Origin: Toensbergia leucococca
Taxonomy: Eukaryota
Length of the DNA: 64,000 nt
Reading direction: 5' to 3'
NCBI GenBank assembly: GCA_022813965.1
Contig: JALDZS010000012.1
Span: 124,001 to 188,000 of the forward strand
The notes beneath the pieces are model-generated. The model was not told where the DNA came from. It ran no database searches and worked only from the letters and a program-made list of their open reading frames with translations. The position numbers and the translations under genes are program-made. Shown here in pieces: positions 13,201 to 27,091 of the stretch (position 1 is the first letter of the stretch; every line of letters begins with the position of its first letter).

Positions 13201-13646
13201 CGTTGCGGAAAAAAACAAGGAGCATTTACAAGACACGCAACCTATGTAACTACAATTGTAAAATGTAAAATGTAAAATAGAGAGAGAGGAATATAAACAT
13301 AGATAAAAATGCCGTATAAACAATCCTGTGCTTTGATTCAGTCACAGGACACGCAAAATCCAAAACCGACCCACCCAAAGAAGAAATATGCATCTTTAAT
13401 ACCCTCAGCTCCCAAATCTCAAAACGCCCCACCGTTGATGCTTAAAAGAAAAAAAGGAATGCAATCTTCCACAAAAAGACTAGGACCAAGCGAACGTATG
13501 AGTTCCCTTTTCCATGATCCAGCTCGCCACAAAGATGTCCTTCTAGGTATACACTCGACATAGACGGGTATGGTCTCACTTTCATCGTAGTAAGGGGGTG
13601 TCGTATCTAAAACCACGCTGTTGTCCCACCACCAAATGTCCTTTCG

Positions 13647-14746
13647 TTATTTCTTTTCAAAGAGAGTCGGATCCACCACGCAGACGACCACCAAGCTGCT
13701 AACAATCAGGGCGAGGGCGACAAAGGTGATGAGAAATACGCTGCCCCGGCTGGCGGGAAATTTACCGCGGATGATCCAGTACTAGATGGGTCCAAAGTTA
13801 GCTTTGCAGTCAATTTGGTTTTCGTAGAAAAAGGCTCCTCTAGACGGTTTTTGTGTTTCCCTTTCTTCATTTCTTATTCGATTGATACACCCCAACCCGT
13901 CCTGACAGCAATAGCAAAGAAATCGAGGTCCATACCTGACTTTCGAAATACCGTCGTCCCCCTATAAACAATACCAGAATTGCAATGCCTAGGAAAGTCG
14001 CTCCCAATGGTTTGCCAACCTGTCTTAAATGTGTTGTGTTCTCATCTATGGGTACGAGACCTTCACGCCGAGAAATTGTTGTGTTGAGGCGGAAAAGTTG
14101 TGTAATGGCAATGCCGATAGAGGCAAAAGCCAAGGACGTGCGGAGCCAGGCTAAGAAGGTACGTTCTATATCCGTAGGGATGGGATGATTAGTTGGGAAG
14201 AACATGATTTTGTGAATTGACAATGGCGATTGACAAGGAAGAAAGGGCCATTGACTTGGTGCCATCTCAAAAGTAGAAGACTGGCCGGTGATGAAGATTG
14301 TATATCATGGGATTGGACATACCGAGGGCAAGATGATCCCTCGCCGCACTCCCTTTATTATCAATCTCAACACTACCATACTTTTCCATAAAATGTTTCC
14401 ACCGCCCTTCGGGCTCTGCATCTTCTTCACCACCCTGATTTGCAGTTCCATTATCTCTTATCGACTTCTTTCTCCTTCCGCCTCCACCCCTCCTCGCCTC
14501 ACTATCTGCCTTCAAGACAGTGTTGTAGCCCCTCACCGCTCCCCACTCACGCCCGGCAATGGGGGTGATCTCATCCGCGGGACTGTCACCCCGTGGACGA
14601 GAGGGATCCTCTCCTGCGCGGGAGCGCGGAGTGGACATGAGCGAAGGCGAGGAGGAAAAGGAAACGCGGCGGGCTTGATCCACCGTGTTCGGAGAATTGT
14701 TTGTGATGGGTGGTGCGGGATTGGGACAGGATGCGTGCCGGTTCAT
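13647..14746 (-). CDS. DUF202 (YidH/Vtc1-like) three-TM membrane protein; three exons
   Basis: [83 protein letters not shown] at 13647-13649. Confidence 0.88.
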
Positions 14747-15759
14747 GGTGGGATGGTTATGTAGGCGGATTGGGCATGTGGGGGCTGTCTTGGCTCAGAG
14801 TGGATTGGGAGCACCAGAACATGCATGGGGTGCGATTAGAAACACGATCGGTGGATCATCGAGGACAAGATAAACTAGGTAGTGTGAGGATCCCTTCATT
14901 CTTCACTCTATAACCTCTCACGTGTCGATGATACTTGGACTTGTTGAGGAGGGTGATCTGATAGGTGGTATCCGCAGGATCAATTAGCGGGGTGGGTGGG
15001 TGTAAGTTACTGCGGATCGGATCGTCAGGCAGACAGGGACCTAGAGTTTGAGACTAATCCTCGAAGGGCAGAGTAGACATTTCTGAAATGGCAATCGTGT
15101 ACAGAGTACATGCAAGCATCATGCACGCTACTTCTAGAATCGAGTGCTGACATTGGTAGGAAAAAACTATGTACATGAAGGGCCGGCGTGGCAGGCACAG
15201 GGATGTTGTCAATTCCATCGCACAATGGCAGCCATCTCACTTCTCTGCCAAATTTAAGAGTCGAAGCAAGAGCAGCTAGTTGGAACAAGCAAGGCTAGCT
15301 GACCCAGCAGCACAGGGAACCCAAAATGCCCCAGGGTCCAATAACCCCCAGGCATATCTGATATGTGTCTGGGAGTCACCGGCACTCGACGACATCTTCC
15401 CCGCTCCCACCCCTGGGCACGCCTGTTGCTCTTTTCATCGCTCTGCCTACAACGTTCCTGGAGGCAAGAGCTCGACTTCCGCACCGCGTACCGTCGGTAT
15501 AAAACACACTAATTAACGAGAGAGACGACGACTGTCATGGAGAACGCAAAAGGACAAGGGCCTAATTATGAGCCGGAACACCCGAACCTGCGTCGAAGGG
15601 TATCTTGATTTCCAGCCGCTCCGACTATATGTAAACCCTAGGACCAAGATGGCGAGACGTCAATATTGACCATAGAAGAGAAATGATGGTGTATGCAGTC
15701 AATGGACCAAATGTAAGAAAATCGTGTCGTTATATGGGTCAAGATGTGATACCCTAGCT

Positions 15760-17270
15760 CTATGGGTTCTCTGACAGTACATAGATTGCCTGCCCTGATG
15801 TGAGCTCAACCTGTCAAGATTTGTCAGCAACAACATCTTGCCATGATCATATGGCTGATAGTACTAACGGTGCACCCAGCTGTATTGCAGTCTGAATAAT
15901 CTGATCCGGAACAGTATTGGCCGTTCCGTAACCTGCATGTGGCCGCAAGACCTGTAGGGTCGGTGCTCGTGATCTCAACAGTGTAATTCAAAGGCGTGTA
16001 GGATGTCGGATCATTTTGAGCAGTCGAAGAAATGGAAAGCCAGGTCTTGCCGTAAATATCTTGTCCAACACCCAGGTATGAGGGTGCCCAGTTGCCCGTG
16101 TCAGAGCCATCGCTATTCCAGTAGCACGCGTCTGCTTCAGACACACCCTGGTTGTTGATATAGTATTGTGCGCTAGTACCGTTTCCTTCATGCTTATAAT
16201 ATGTGGAAGCGTCTGGGCAGGTTAATGGACTGGTTGTGCCCGCTTGGGTATTCAACGGAACAGTTTCATCTTCGGTTCCTGTCACGATATTAACATTTGC
16301 GAGCTCAATTTGGGGTGACTATTATTCGCATACCAGGATAATCAGTACGACAAATGGCCGCGTTCTCAGTGAGCTCGTTCTTGACCAGCGTTGCGCCAGT
16401 ACCCTGAATACAAAGGTACGAAGATAAATCCGGATTAGTTAGCTCAAGCATTCCGTCGTCGTTGCAGAGTAGACCTCCAACAGATTGGCCAGCATCGCCT
16501 TGTAAATCATTAGGCCATTGCGATTTTTGGTAGCCTGGACCACATGCGTAAGAACACATCGCGCCTTTGGTGCAACTCATCCCTGAAATAGCGGTTGACA
16601 TCTGTGGGGTACCTAGCGGAGGGTATTGGATACCAGACCAGCCACCAATGCCAAGCCATGAGATCTCAATTGCGCCGTATTCCGATGGGAAAGTCGAGCA
16701 GCTGACTTGACCGCTCGGGAACTCGGAAGTAAGACCTTGTCCACTTGAAGAACTGCTGCTTGAAGAGGCAGAATACGGTGCAGAAGATGAGGCTGATTCC
16801 GAAGAAGCTTGAGAAGCGGAACTGGGGGCAGACGTCGAGGCCGCGGATGAAGAAAAGGTGGTGGAGGCTGCATAATCATTTTGTTGATACGCCTCTAATC
16901 CTACGTCACTGGAAGAGGATGAAGCGGTAGAAGTGGGTGTCACAATGGAAGAGGGTGCCGATGTCACCAAAGGCGTGGAAGTCGCGGACGTCACAGACGC
17001 CGAAGATGGTGTAGCATCTGATGAGCACACCGGTGGAGGACCTTGTTGATAGTCCCATGACATGCGACCCGCTGCGAGCCCGGCGCAAACATCAGAGGGA
17101 GAGATAACTTTATTGTCGAACTCGTAAACTATTGCAGTGGCCGCGACGGCTTCAATCTTGGTGTAGTCAGGCGAGCGCTTGTCGGCATGGCGATGTTGAT
17201 GTTTGTGTGGCTGAGCTGCGGCGATAGATCCAGCCGTCGCGAGCGTCAAAGCAAAGTTGGAAAACTTCAT
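15760..17270 (-). CDS. SUN-family (Sim1/Uth1/Nca3/Sun4, GH132) secreted beta-1,3-glucanase; three coding exons
   Basis: Signal peptide, HKHQHRHADKR Kex2-like site, S/T-rich region; SUN motifs CSYACGPGYQKSQWP...GQSVGGLLC, ICRTDYPG-TE, TSAQYYINNQGV, GNWAP. A probable 5'UTR intron lies at about 17412-17561 (GTAAGT...GCTGAC...CAG on the minus strand). Confidence 0.92.
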
Positions 17271-20215
17271 TGTGTCGTGATTCGGAGCAACGTTATTCGC
17301 GACAATAAGGATCGTGGCGGCGTCTGTCTAAGACTCCTTTCGACGAATACGGCTGATGGATAGATGTTGGTAATGTGGACGTGGGCGCTGTAGAAGCTTG
17401 ATGTTCCTGAACTGGAGGCGCAGAAAGTCAGCGTCAAGGATCCGAGGTTGATGTAAACAAGCAGGTATAAAGAGTATTATCGACACAGATCCAAGACAAT
17501 GAGAATAATGGGGCGCGAACAAAGGGATAGTGGTAGAGATTATGTAGGTAGCATGACTTACAGATTGAATGTGCAGTGAATAGCTCCTTTTGCGATGAAT
17601 TGTGAACTTGGAAGGGTAAGCTGCGGTCACTGATTGTCTCCAAAAGAATGTGGGAGGAAGCGCAAGACTTCCAGATAGAGAGATACTCGACGCGAGTAGA
17701 GAGTTGAGGGTGCGGTGAAGTAACAATGAACGTGGTGTTGATAATGAGTGCAAAGAAAGGGAGGAAGCAGAAGAGGTGAAAGAGATTGGGGGTAACGGTA
17801 GACTAGCGTGGTATTATTCTGGGCGGCCAGCAGGGATAGGCGCCAGGAACACAGAATACAAAGGGATACCCAGGTAATTAATCGTGATAGCGTAATCTCT
17901 TTCTGCTCTAGACAACACAATCCTCATTCCTCAACCGACATAAAGGAATGCACTTGTCGCCATAACATTATATTCATCACTTACCACTAAACTGGATGAT
18001 CAGACTATTTCTGACACTCGCGCTGTCGCAAAACAATCAGGGGGCGGCTATTGAATCTGTCGCGGGCAACTGGGGTGGATGGATAGGGAGTGCTAGGGGA
18101 TCAGACTCGCTGTTCCTTAAGGAGCTGGTCGAGCGTGGTACTGGTATCACCAAAGGAGTGAAGAGTGATAGCGGCGCAGACTGATTGTGTTGCAAAGGGA
18201 GAAAGAGTGCCTTGGGAGATCGAGGACTTTTCTACTTCACTTCGATCCAAGGCTTCTCTCAGAGCACATTCGATATTATTACATACATTATGCATCGTGA
18301 TGACACTTCTGGTTGAAATTTCTTTCACTTTTCGCGATCAAGGTTTTTCCCCCCAGCAGAGATCCCCCAAATTGCCCACAAACACACCTTCGTCGCCAAT
18401 ATCCGATAGCCAATGAGCGGAGATTCCGGCAGGCCTGGTACCTGAGCCAATTTCAGGGGCCCAGCACATCCGAGGGATAATCCAGAACATGGTGGCTCGT
18501 GGGAAGTGGGAACGCTACCGGCGAGCCAGGTATGGGTGACAACCCTACGCGCATAATAATACAGCCACTTACGACTCTAAACGTTGCGAAGGGAACTTGA
18601 CGCGTGTACTCTTTTGGGAATGACGACTCTGTTATTATGCAGCTTCGTCTATTCAAGCAATCAAATAATCAGAGAGTCCTGTGAGCAGGAACTGTGCTTC
18701 AAGACATTTGTTTGTCAGCGCTAAGTCGTTCTTTCGCTCTAGAAAGCTCGGTCTTGGCGGTTGAGGGAGCATGCCCTAAAGTCAGAATAATGTGGACCAA
18801 TGAAAGGTCTGCTTGGAAGTAGCGAAGAGGAATTGGAGGACTTCGAATGGCAGATGGGCCGGCTCGGAAGGCTTGTAGGCGTACCGATAGTATCCTAGCC
18901 AAAGGATTCACCGTTTTGTGAAAATCCAGGTAAGGTACTCCACAATTAAGGTAGTCCATAGTCCATACCTAGGTAATGTATTCCCACCTACCTACCTAGT
19001 GCTCACAGGGATTATGGGTTTGCTGCTGCACAGCCGAGCGGATTATTGCGGAATCGAGACGGCAGATAGACAACAGGCATAGCTTCCCGGGTCGAATGCA
19101 ACGTGGCTGCCGTGGCTCACGGGACACCGGAGATCTGTTGCCTTGCGCTTGCCAGCTCAATCAATCAGGCAATTAATCATAGCTCTGTACCAAACAGATG
19201 CAATCAACTTACAAACACTCTTTCCTGTGACACTTGTCTATGAAATGCGGCCGAGCAGTGGCCTGGTTGAAAATAACAAATTGAAAACAACGTCATACCC
19301 GGCATTTCCGCCCGAGGTGGTTGGGGCACACTTGAGTGGAGCTGCATGCAAAACTTTATCTTTTTTGAAAGGTTTGTGGGGCACATCGATAATCGATAAG
19401 CCAAACCCCACCTGGCAGAACTTTTATGAGAGTTCTTCACCTCAGAATGAATCTGCCGTCGCAATACTCTAGTTACAATCAAAGCCGTTGTATCGGCGAA
19501 GTCCTAAATGCTCAAGGAAAATTCAAATGACATGTGAGTGGAGAAGCCTTGATTAGTACGATAGATTAGATAGAACTAGGTAGCTGTGGCACGCCTTGGC
19601 AACATTGGCAGCTAGGTACTTATGGGCTCTGACATCTCTCAACTGTCTCCACCTGACGATTGTGCAATACCTTGAAATAGAGCACATGCTGAGACTAGTA
19701 GCTAAAGACAAAAGTTGACCTAGGTTTAGAAAACCTCATGATAATTAATACCGTCTAACCTTTTGGCGTCAGCGCTAGCTTCACGTCAATTAATTGAATG
19801 GATCTCTTCAAGTATGCCGCCATCATTAGACGACACTCGTAATGGAAATAGACTGTGGCCAATGCCTAGTGATCTCGAGGATAATACTTGTAGTCATGCT
19901 TCAGACTATCCGGCCAAATCCTGCCTTGAATCCAATACCCGACCAACACTGATTCACCACCGCCTTTTTAGGCCCCACTTCAGCTCTTCGTCATCCTATC
20001 TTTACCCAACGACATGTGACAATCCCAAATAGCTTTCATTTGACAAGTCCGATGATCACACAATTGCACAAGCAACTTATTGGATTCGTAGTATCATCCT
20101 TGTGGACTCAGGGCGGGCCTACTCGGAGTGCCTTTCGAAGTAGTCTGGTTCGACACTTAAGCCATGGCAATCCCCTCTTTGAGTCTCATTCTCTGATGGA
20201 GAGTCAAAAGCTGGG

Positions 20216-21669
20216 TCAGCCATCCTTGACTCTTTTTGTCGGCCTTCCCACAATGCTATCATCAGGCAAACCATTCCTTTTTGTTCCGGGTAGACTACTT
20301 GCTCGGATGTCGTTGTCGTCTTGGCTCACGCGCCGATGTGGATACTGCGTTGTTATCCCTTCAAAGCAGTTGGCGCTCATCTTTTCCCCATTCGCGGAAA
20401 AATAGGGGTGGCGAAGTGCCTCATGTGCGCTCAATCGTTTGCCGGGGTCATATTCTAGTAGCTTCGACAAAAGGTCGAGTCCCTGCTGACCAGGGAAGCC
20501 CGAAGACTGCGATTCCTGGTAACCTGAGCTCCTCAAAGTATTCCAGTACCAGGCTTCAAGGCCAGAAGACCTGCTGTTATTCCCGTCACGCACAGCATAA
20601 GAGAAAGACTGTAATTGGCCATATTCGGGTTGGTGCAACAGACCGGGCCATTTTTCCCTGGTAGGCATGCCTAAGATCTCAACAATCTTTTGCATTTGAT
20701 TTCGTTGAAAAGGAACCGTCTTCTTGCTATCCATCTTGGCTTCCTCGCCTTTGAAAATGGGGCGCAGGGAGAGAAGTTCTGCGAAAATACAACCTACCGC
20801 CCACAGATCAACTGCTGGCGTGTAATGTCGACTCCCAAGAAGAAGTTCGGGTGCACGATACCAGATCGTAACAACGACTTTGTCGCCACTAAACAGAGAA
20901 TGAAGGGGTTTGTAGAAAAGACGGGCTAGCCCAAGATCACCAATTCTGACTTCGCCTTTGGAAGTGACCATAATATTGGCAGGCTTTAGGTCCCTGTGGA
21001 GTACCCAATTACTATGCAGGTAAAGGAGACCGTTGAGGAGTTGGAAAAGAATTGACTTTACAGCCGAGGCCGGGATTGGGTAACGAGACGGTTGTGTGTG
21101 GTGGTGGACGATTTGAAGTAGATCATGTTCGGCGTACTCGAAGACCATGAAGATACATTTGTCCTCGAGAATGATTTCAACTAGATTAATGATGTTTGGG
21201 TGGGAAAGCTCCGAGCAAAGAGACATCTCCCTGCAGGCTGATTGAGATATACCTGTGTACTGGATCACTTCGCCTTCTTTGTCGGGTTTAAATCTATGTC
21301 GAAGTCAGAGAGGGTGGACCAGGAATTGAGTCAGAGAATCTCACTTTTTGATGGCAAACTCTCCCGATTGCCCATTACGCCCAACAGCTTTATAGACTCG
21401 GCCATATGTACCACTGCTGATGAAACCAACGACCCTGTATCGATCAAGTACGCGGACTTTACTTATGTAACCGCTTGATGGCATTTTCTTTGGATTCGAC
21501 GGCTCTGTAGTATGGGCAAGGCAAAGGTTAGGGGTTTTAGACTGAATCCATGATATTCAAAAGGAAGATGTGTTAGGATGCAAATACATGAAACCAAACG
21601 GAACGATGAGTGGAAACAAGTATGTAGTGACGGAAAGACTGAGACCAGATAGTGTCCACGGACTTGCAT
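20216..21669 (-). CDS. SSN3: Mediator kinase CDK8/Ssn3/Srb10; start codon uncertain (about 21484 or 21669)
   Basis: [18 protein letters not shown]...[84 protein letters not shown]. Confidence 0.95.
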
Positions 21670-22360
21670 TTAGAGGAGTAAGGGCCTGCGCCACGTTGCA
21701 CAAGGCAGCGAATAGGAGAAAAGGAATGTGTTACCATCGAAGGCAGCTTGCACGCTTCTTTTCAGATTCTGCGTCGCCGAAGCAGCTCTAGCTGTAGCTG
21801 CGGCAGACCCTCCAGCGGACGAAGGGGGACTAGTTCCACTCATCTCCGCTTTCTATACTGGCTTGGCCCTCCGAGGGAATTTTGATACATGGGTTGAGAC
21901 CAGGATAGGAATCGATAACATGGTAGTTGATTCTCGTCGGAGCGTTTCCGCTCGCTTTGGTATTCTACGAGTAGAGTTCTCGGTTCTTCTTTCAATCCAA
22001 CTTCACCAAATAGACCTAGGTATTTCGCTTTTAGGAAGCCAGGCCTTCAGGCATAAGGCAGGAGCAATTTGGAAAAAACAACTCGAATACTCGTACGAGT
22101 ACTCTGTACGAGCAGGTACGAGTGCCAAATGAAGCAAGCCTCAGTGGATGGTTGCGACAGCCAATCGGCTGACGGAAATTCAAATCCCCGTTCTCCTTCT
22201 TATCTTCCTTGCCAACGGAGCCAACTCTTCTTCTCAAGCCTCGACGTCTACTCATACTATCATTTCCTGTGCTTGCGAATGGTTTGCTTTCTCTTTGGTC
22301 TTCCTACATGGCAACTTTTGTAAATTAGCTGTTGCCGTAATTCATTATCCTACAGACAAA

Positions 22361-24009
22361 ATGCCCTTTCCTTCGTCCTCCTCTGCCAGAACACCCTACC
22401 TCCTCTACATAGTCTTCATTACAACCCTTGGTCCATTCCAGTTCGGCTACCATCTCGTTCGTCCTAACTCCCATTTATATGATTGTCCCTTCTCTGAGCA
22501 TTTCTCTTCCTCTTTAGGCAGAGCTCAACGCCCCGGAAGCCGTCTTGACCTGCACCTCCTTTCCATCGGCGGCCTCGGCCAAGAATGGCCTGCTCAATCT
22601 ACCCAGTTGCATTCCCATGTCCAAACCTCAGTTCGGCCTTGTCTCTAGTACTTTCACCCTTGGAGGACTTCTTGGTGCCCTGGTGGCCGGACATATGGCC
22701 ACGCAATCCGGTCATCTACTCACTATGCGTCTTACAACCTTATCCTTTGCCCTTGGTGCAATCTTCGAGTCCCTTGCTCCATCCGTAGCCACTATCACAT
22801 GCGGCCGGTTCATCTCTGGAATAGGTGCCGGGGTAGCGACTGTGGTCGTACCAATGTACGTCTCAGAGGTCGCCCCTCCAGGGGCAAAGGGGGTTTTTGG
22901 GGCGAGCACTCAGGTCAGTGCTCAGCAATATACATAAAGATTGAAAATAGCTGAGGTTTGGCAGATAATGGTTAACCTAGGCATATTAGTGGCTCTGACA
23001 TTGGGATATTTTTGGAGTTACAAAAGTATGTGGAGGGCTATATTTGCTATGGCGGGCATTATAGGAGTACTGCAGGGACTGGGGCTTTTCATAGTACCGG
23101 AGAGCCCTGAATGGTTGGCGCATACTGGTGAGCTGGAAATGGCTAGGAGGGTTCTGCAGAGGATCAGGGGGACCGCCACTTATACTGAGGAGGAAATTGC
23201 GCGTTGGAGTACAGGGGGAGATAGCATTGGTAAGTCCGAATCCCTCGTTATATTGAAGTCTGTTACTTGGATTAAGCTACTTACTTCTCCTACTAGCGGA
23301 AGAACAGTCTCTGCTCAACGCTCTTGATGACCAACCGCACTCCCCTGCTAGAACACACCCTAAACCCCATATCGGTATTTTTTCTGTTTTGACATATCCC
23401 GTCCACTTAAGGGCCATCTTTGCTATTGTTGGCGTGATGCTCGCACAACAGCTTTGCGGAATCAATGCTATTGTCATGTACTCAGTGTCGATTCTCTCGG
23501 AACTTTTACCGACCTGGGCAGGATTGATCACCGTTGGGGTTGCCGGGCTGAATCTCGTAATGTCGCTAGCCTGCGCCCCTTTAGCGGATCGCCTCGGTAG
23601 GAAGACTTGTCTCATGTTGTCGATTGCTGGAATGGGAACGAATGCTCTACTCATTGCCTTGGGCATTATGTTCAGCATCAAGACTCTTTCCGCCATTGCC
23701 ATTATGTTATTCGTGGCCAGTTTTGCAGTCGGTTTAGGTCCCGTACCATTCATCCTGGCGAACGAGCTTGTTGGGCCCGAGGCTGTTGGCGCTGCACAGA
23801 GTTGGGGTTTGGCAGCGAATTGGAGTGCTGCTTTTTTGGTCGCTCAGTTCTTCCCGATGTTGAACAGCGCTTTAGGGAAAGGCCGGGTGTTCTTTGTCTT
23901 CGCGGCGCTGGCAGCTGCTTTCTTCAGTTTCGTGGCCTTTTTTGTTCCAGAAAGTAAAGGAAAAAAGGATGCAGACGAGGTGTGGGGGAGGGTAAGACGT
24001 CAAGATTGA
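22361..24009 (+). CDS. MFS sugar-porter family transporter (Vps73/Ybr241c-like); four exons
   Basis: TLGPFQFGYHL-AELNAP; GRFISGIGAGVATVVVPMYVSEVAPP; PESPEWL; AQQLCGINAIVMYS; DRLGRK; GLGPVPFILANEL; VPESKGK. Confidence 0.9.
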
Positions 24010-25408
24010 AGAAAAAACGTCTTGGACCTGTTCTCATCCTAGACAGGAAGCTTCAAGAACGTTGCAAAGACGAGGACGCCAATTGCGAATGCCCGCAGAG
24101 CAGACGTGGAGTTACGATGAGCACTCGAGCTGAGACATGAGACCTTGCATTAGGTCATATCCAGCATCCCTAAGACTCGGTATTATTATCAAGAAACTTA
24201 TAAGTGTCTTTTTAATGCCAGCTTCAATGGCTAGACGCTATTTGGCTCCTTCAAACGCGCACTTGCCGAAGGAGAAGCATGGCTCTTCCTAAGCCGCTGC
24301 TTTTATGTGCCTCATCGAGCGATCAACTCATCTATTTGATATGGGGAGCGATTAGTCGTGCTCGTCTAGGTACTAGGCTCAGACAAACCAACGAATACTT
24401 CTTTGGAAAAGGCTACATTAGAGACTGGAATGATGATTGAGACAATCTGTCCAAACTCCAACGTGCTCTCACTCTCAATCATTTGTGATTGTGAGATATT
24501 ATCGTCTGACCAAATACCCCTCCAGACCTTGAAAGAATAGCTTCATGTAATACATATTGTATACTGGAAATGAGTAGGTATCTGGTGGCGCTCAAGCACT
24601 GCAAAGGCTCAAGAAGCAGCACTCTCAAAGCTTTGCAGGATTCAATTCGTCTCCATAGCAGCCAATAGATTCGAACGTTGAGAATGTCTGGGGTTTTTGG
24701 AACGCCCAAGCTTTGAATGATAATTAAATGATAGCAAGAGAGACTTCATAGGCGCACAAGAGTGACAGAAAATTGAAAGACATCTTCATGGCCGGTTTTC
24801 ACCGAAATATTGCCAAGCAGATCGTTGGAAATGGCGCTGAGGGCTGACACTCCCAGTCCCATTCCAAGCTTGATGACCTCCCATGACCCGAGGCTATTGA
24901 TGCCCAGTTCACACAATCTCAAAATCATAAAGTGACTTGTTTGTTATGCAAACTCGGCCTGCAGGTAGCATCGGAGGAAATTGAGGGTCGTTTGGGAGTA
25001 CGTTTGGAGGAGGAAAGGGCCAGTTCGGTGACATTAGAAAGGTGACGTTTACATGTTATCAGATACTGGCGGGAGAGGCCGAGGATGATGTGTCCTGGAA
25101 TTGGTCTGCTGAAAGCTTCTCGTCTCTGTTGTAATACTGAAATGGGAGAAACGAAACCATTATGGTATTTTTGCAGCGACGCGATTTGTCTCCAGATCCA
25201 CGACGAAGGAGAGAAGGAGAGAGCCCAGGCGCGCCTAAGACCCTGCTGGCGGAGAATGCGATAATTATCTTTCCCGATTGTCTAGCAAATGCATGTACTC
25301 TGTTACGGTAGTTGATGGATGAGTCAGTCCCTTGCACATGTCCCCATTGCTTCCCGTCTGAGATACGCGTGTCTCTTCCGTAATAGCCACGCTTTCCAAA
25401 GTCTCCGG

Positions 25409-26575
25409 TTATGTGGGCAAGACAGGCTGTTGATCATCCTTCTGCCAAGTCCCGCCTCCAAAGCTCTGCCAGTCCTTCAACACGTCACCAATCTTCTCTT
25501 CAAGACCTTGCCGAAGGCCTTCCACGGCATAGTCCAAGGCCACGAATTCCATCAATTTCGCTTCCCTGCCCAGCTTGAAGACTATGTTGATAATCTCGGT
25601 GTATCCACCATCGAATTCCATCCAGAAATCACTTGGCACGCAATTCTTGCGCGTATTGATCTCATCGCGTAGAACATTACTCGAAGGGTTGGGCGCAAGT
25701 TGCGTCTGCAATCTTTCCAAGCGCGGGAGATTTTCAATAAACTTGACAAGGTCATGCACATGAGACATCAATGGAAAAATTGCTATGAAATCAAAGGACT
25801 TCAGAGACGTAAAATAGGCCATTGATATAGACGGGAGGACGGAAGGGGTCCGCTTTAGATTGTATTCGTAGGTAATGTAAGCTTTGAGAGAGGACCCTTC
25901 GTTTAGTATAAAATGATTCCATAGCCGAGAGTCAAAAAATCTGCCAATTTGATTTGGTTCCATTGAGGCCTTCAATGGCAACTCGGATGACTGACTGAGG
26001 TGGAGAGTATGTAATGGGGTCCCGAAAGCCCATGAATCGGGCATCGCTACCTGGCAAGATACTAGTGACGATAGTACGGAAGCATGCGCCATGACAGTAA
26101 TTTTTTGAGGATTAATCGTATCAAGGAGGGTTGGAAGTAGGATCAGCGGGTCAATTGAGTCATTTGCTTCGAGCCATGATGCCTTTGGAGCACCATGAGG
26201 CCTTCCTTCGAGACTAGTAGAGTAGAGTACTACGCTCGTAACATGTGAAGATAAATTATTGGAGTCAACGAAAGCCAGAAAGTTGGCGACATCCAAGCCA
26301 TAGACAAGATTATGCAAACTGCCGTCATCAGTGGCTGATGGAGCTGCAAAACTGACTCTGGTGTGTTTAAATAAAGCAGTCAAAGTATGATTGCGCATAA
26401 CGTGACAAGTAAGAGACAGATTTTTGAGTGACTTGGAGTCAGAGAAAAGGATGGAAGTAGAGGGTTCTCCATGTAGACACCTCGACGACAGCGGTTCCTC
26501 ACCTTCAAAATGGAGAAGGATCTGGTCGATGAGTTCCCGAGGAAGGAAACAGAGATTGGCTTGACTTGTGATCAT
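25409..26575 (-). CDS. F-box-like domain protein (intronless, fungal-specific C-terminus)
   Basis: 388-aa ORF; N-terminal LCFLPRELIDQILLHF and LKNLSLTCHVMR...LF resemble a split F-box. Confidence 0.65.
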   Translation of the reverse strand: MITSQANLCFLPRELIDQILLHFEGEEPLSSRCLHGEPSTSILFSDSKSLKNLSLTCHVMRNHTLTALFKHTRVSFAAPSATDDGSLHNLVYGLDVANFLAFVDSNNLSSHVTSVVLYSTSLEGRPHGAPKASWLEANDSIDPLILLPTLLDTINPQKITVMAHASVLSSLVSCQVAMPDSWAFGTPLHTLHLSQSSELPLKASMEPNQIGRFFDSRLWNHFILNEGSSLKAYITYEYNLKRTPSVLPSISMAYFTSLKSFDFIAIFPLMSHVHDLVKFIENLPRLERLQTQLAPNPSSNVLRDEINTRKNCVPSDFWMEFDGGYTEIINIVFKLGREAKLMEFVALDYAVEGLRQGLEEKIGDVLKDWQSFGGGTWQKDDQQPVLPT

Positions 26576-26632
26576 ATCTAATTTGCTTCCTTGGCAAGAA
26601 GTGATAGGTAGGTAGGTTCAAGTGATAAGAAT

Positions 26633-26662
26633 GTCGTGGTCGTGGTCGTGGTCGTGGTCGTG
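26633..26662 (+). repeat. Hexanucleotide microsatellite (GTCGTG)x5
   Basis: Five perfect copies about 60-90 nt upstream of the F-box-like start codon. Confidence 0.9.
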
Positions 26663-26682
26663 TTTTAGGCCTCAGCGCGAGA

Positions 26683-26792
26683 CACGTGATTGGTACACCA
26701 CGGTACACCCTTGTACGTGTAAGGTATCGTACAAGTAAGGTACCTTACCTTACGTGCTTAGGTACCTACCTACCTGAGGTACCTTACCTTAC
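26683..26792. promoter_or_regulatory. E-box plus GTAC/AGGTA palindrome cluster in a divergent promoter
   Basis: CACGTG 26683-26688; seven GTAC cores in about 90 bp; perfect palindromes GTAAGGTACCTTAC 26735-26748 and TAGGTACCTA 26759-26768. Confidence 0.5.
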
Positions 26793-27091
26793 TCTAATAT
26801 CATACGCTAGTTAATGTCAACGATACTGATCATGGCTAGAATGTGGGGTGGAATGATGAAATGACAACACGGATCGTCATGTATCGGCTTCATACCGGCA
26901 TTTAGGCATCGCATTTGCCTTTAGGCATTGTAACAGCCATTGGGGAAAGACCCTCAATGGAGCTTTTCTATCTTTTATAGCTTCCCTTTTGCGTCTCAAT
27001 TGTCAATTCAATTTGTGCTCCTTTGCTCATGACCGGTTTGAAGCTGATAGCGACTGGCATTTTCTAAACTGCACGACCTCACAGCTCAGCT

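Noticed and set aside
12694..13323. Several 60-209 aa ORFs on both strands in the homopolymer-rich block
   Set aside because: Pro/Gly/Phe-rich translations arise from low-complexity C/G runs that lack stop codons; no splice structure or recognisable domain.
24450..25350. Coding-looking stretch downstream of the F-box-like gene
   Set aside because: The frames I read are interrupted by stops and I could not build a consistent exon chain or domain; a decayed gene cannot be excluded.
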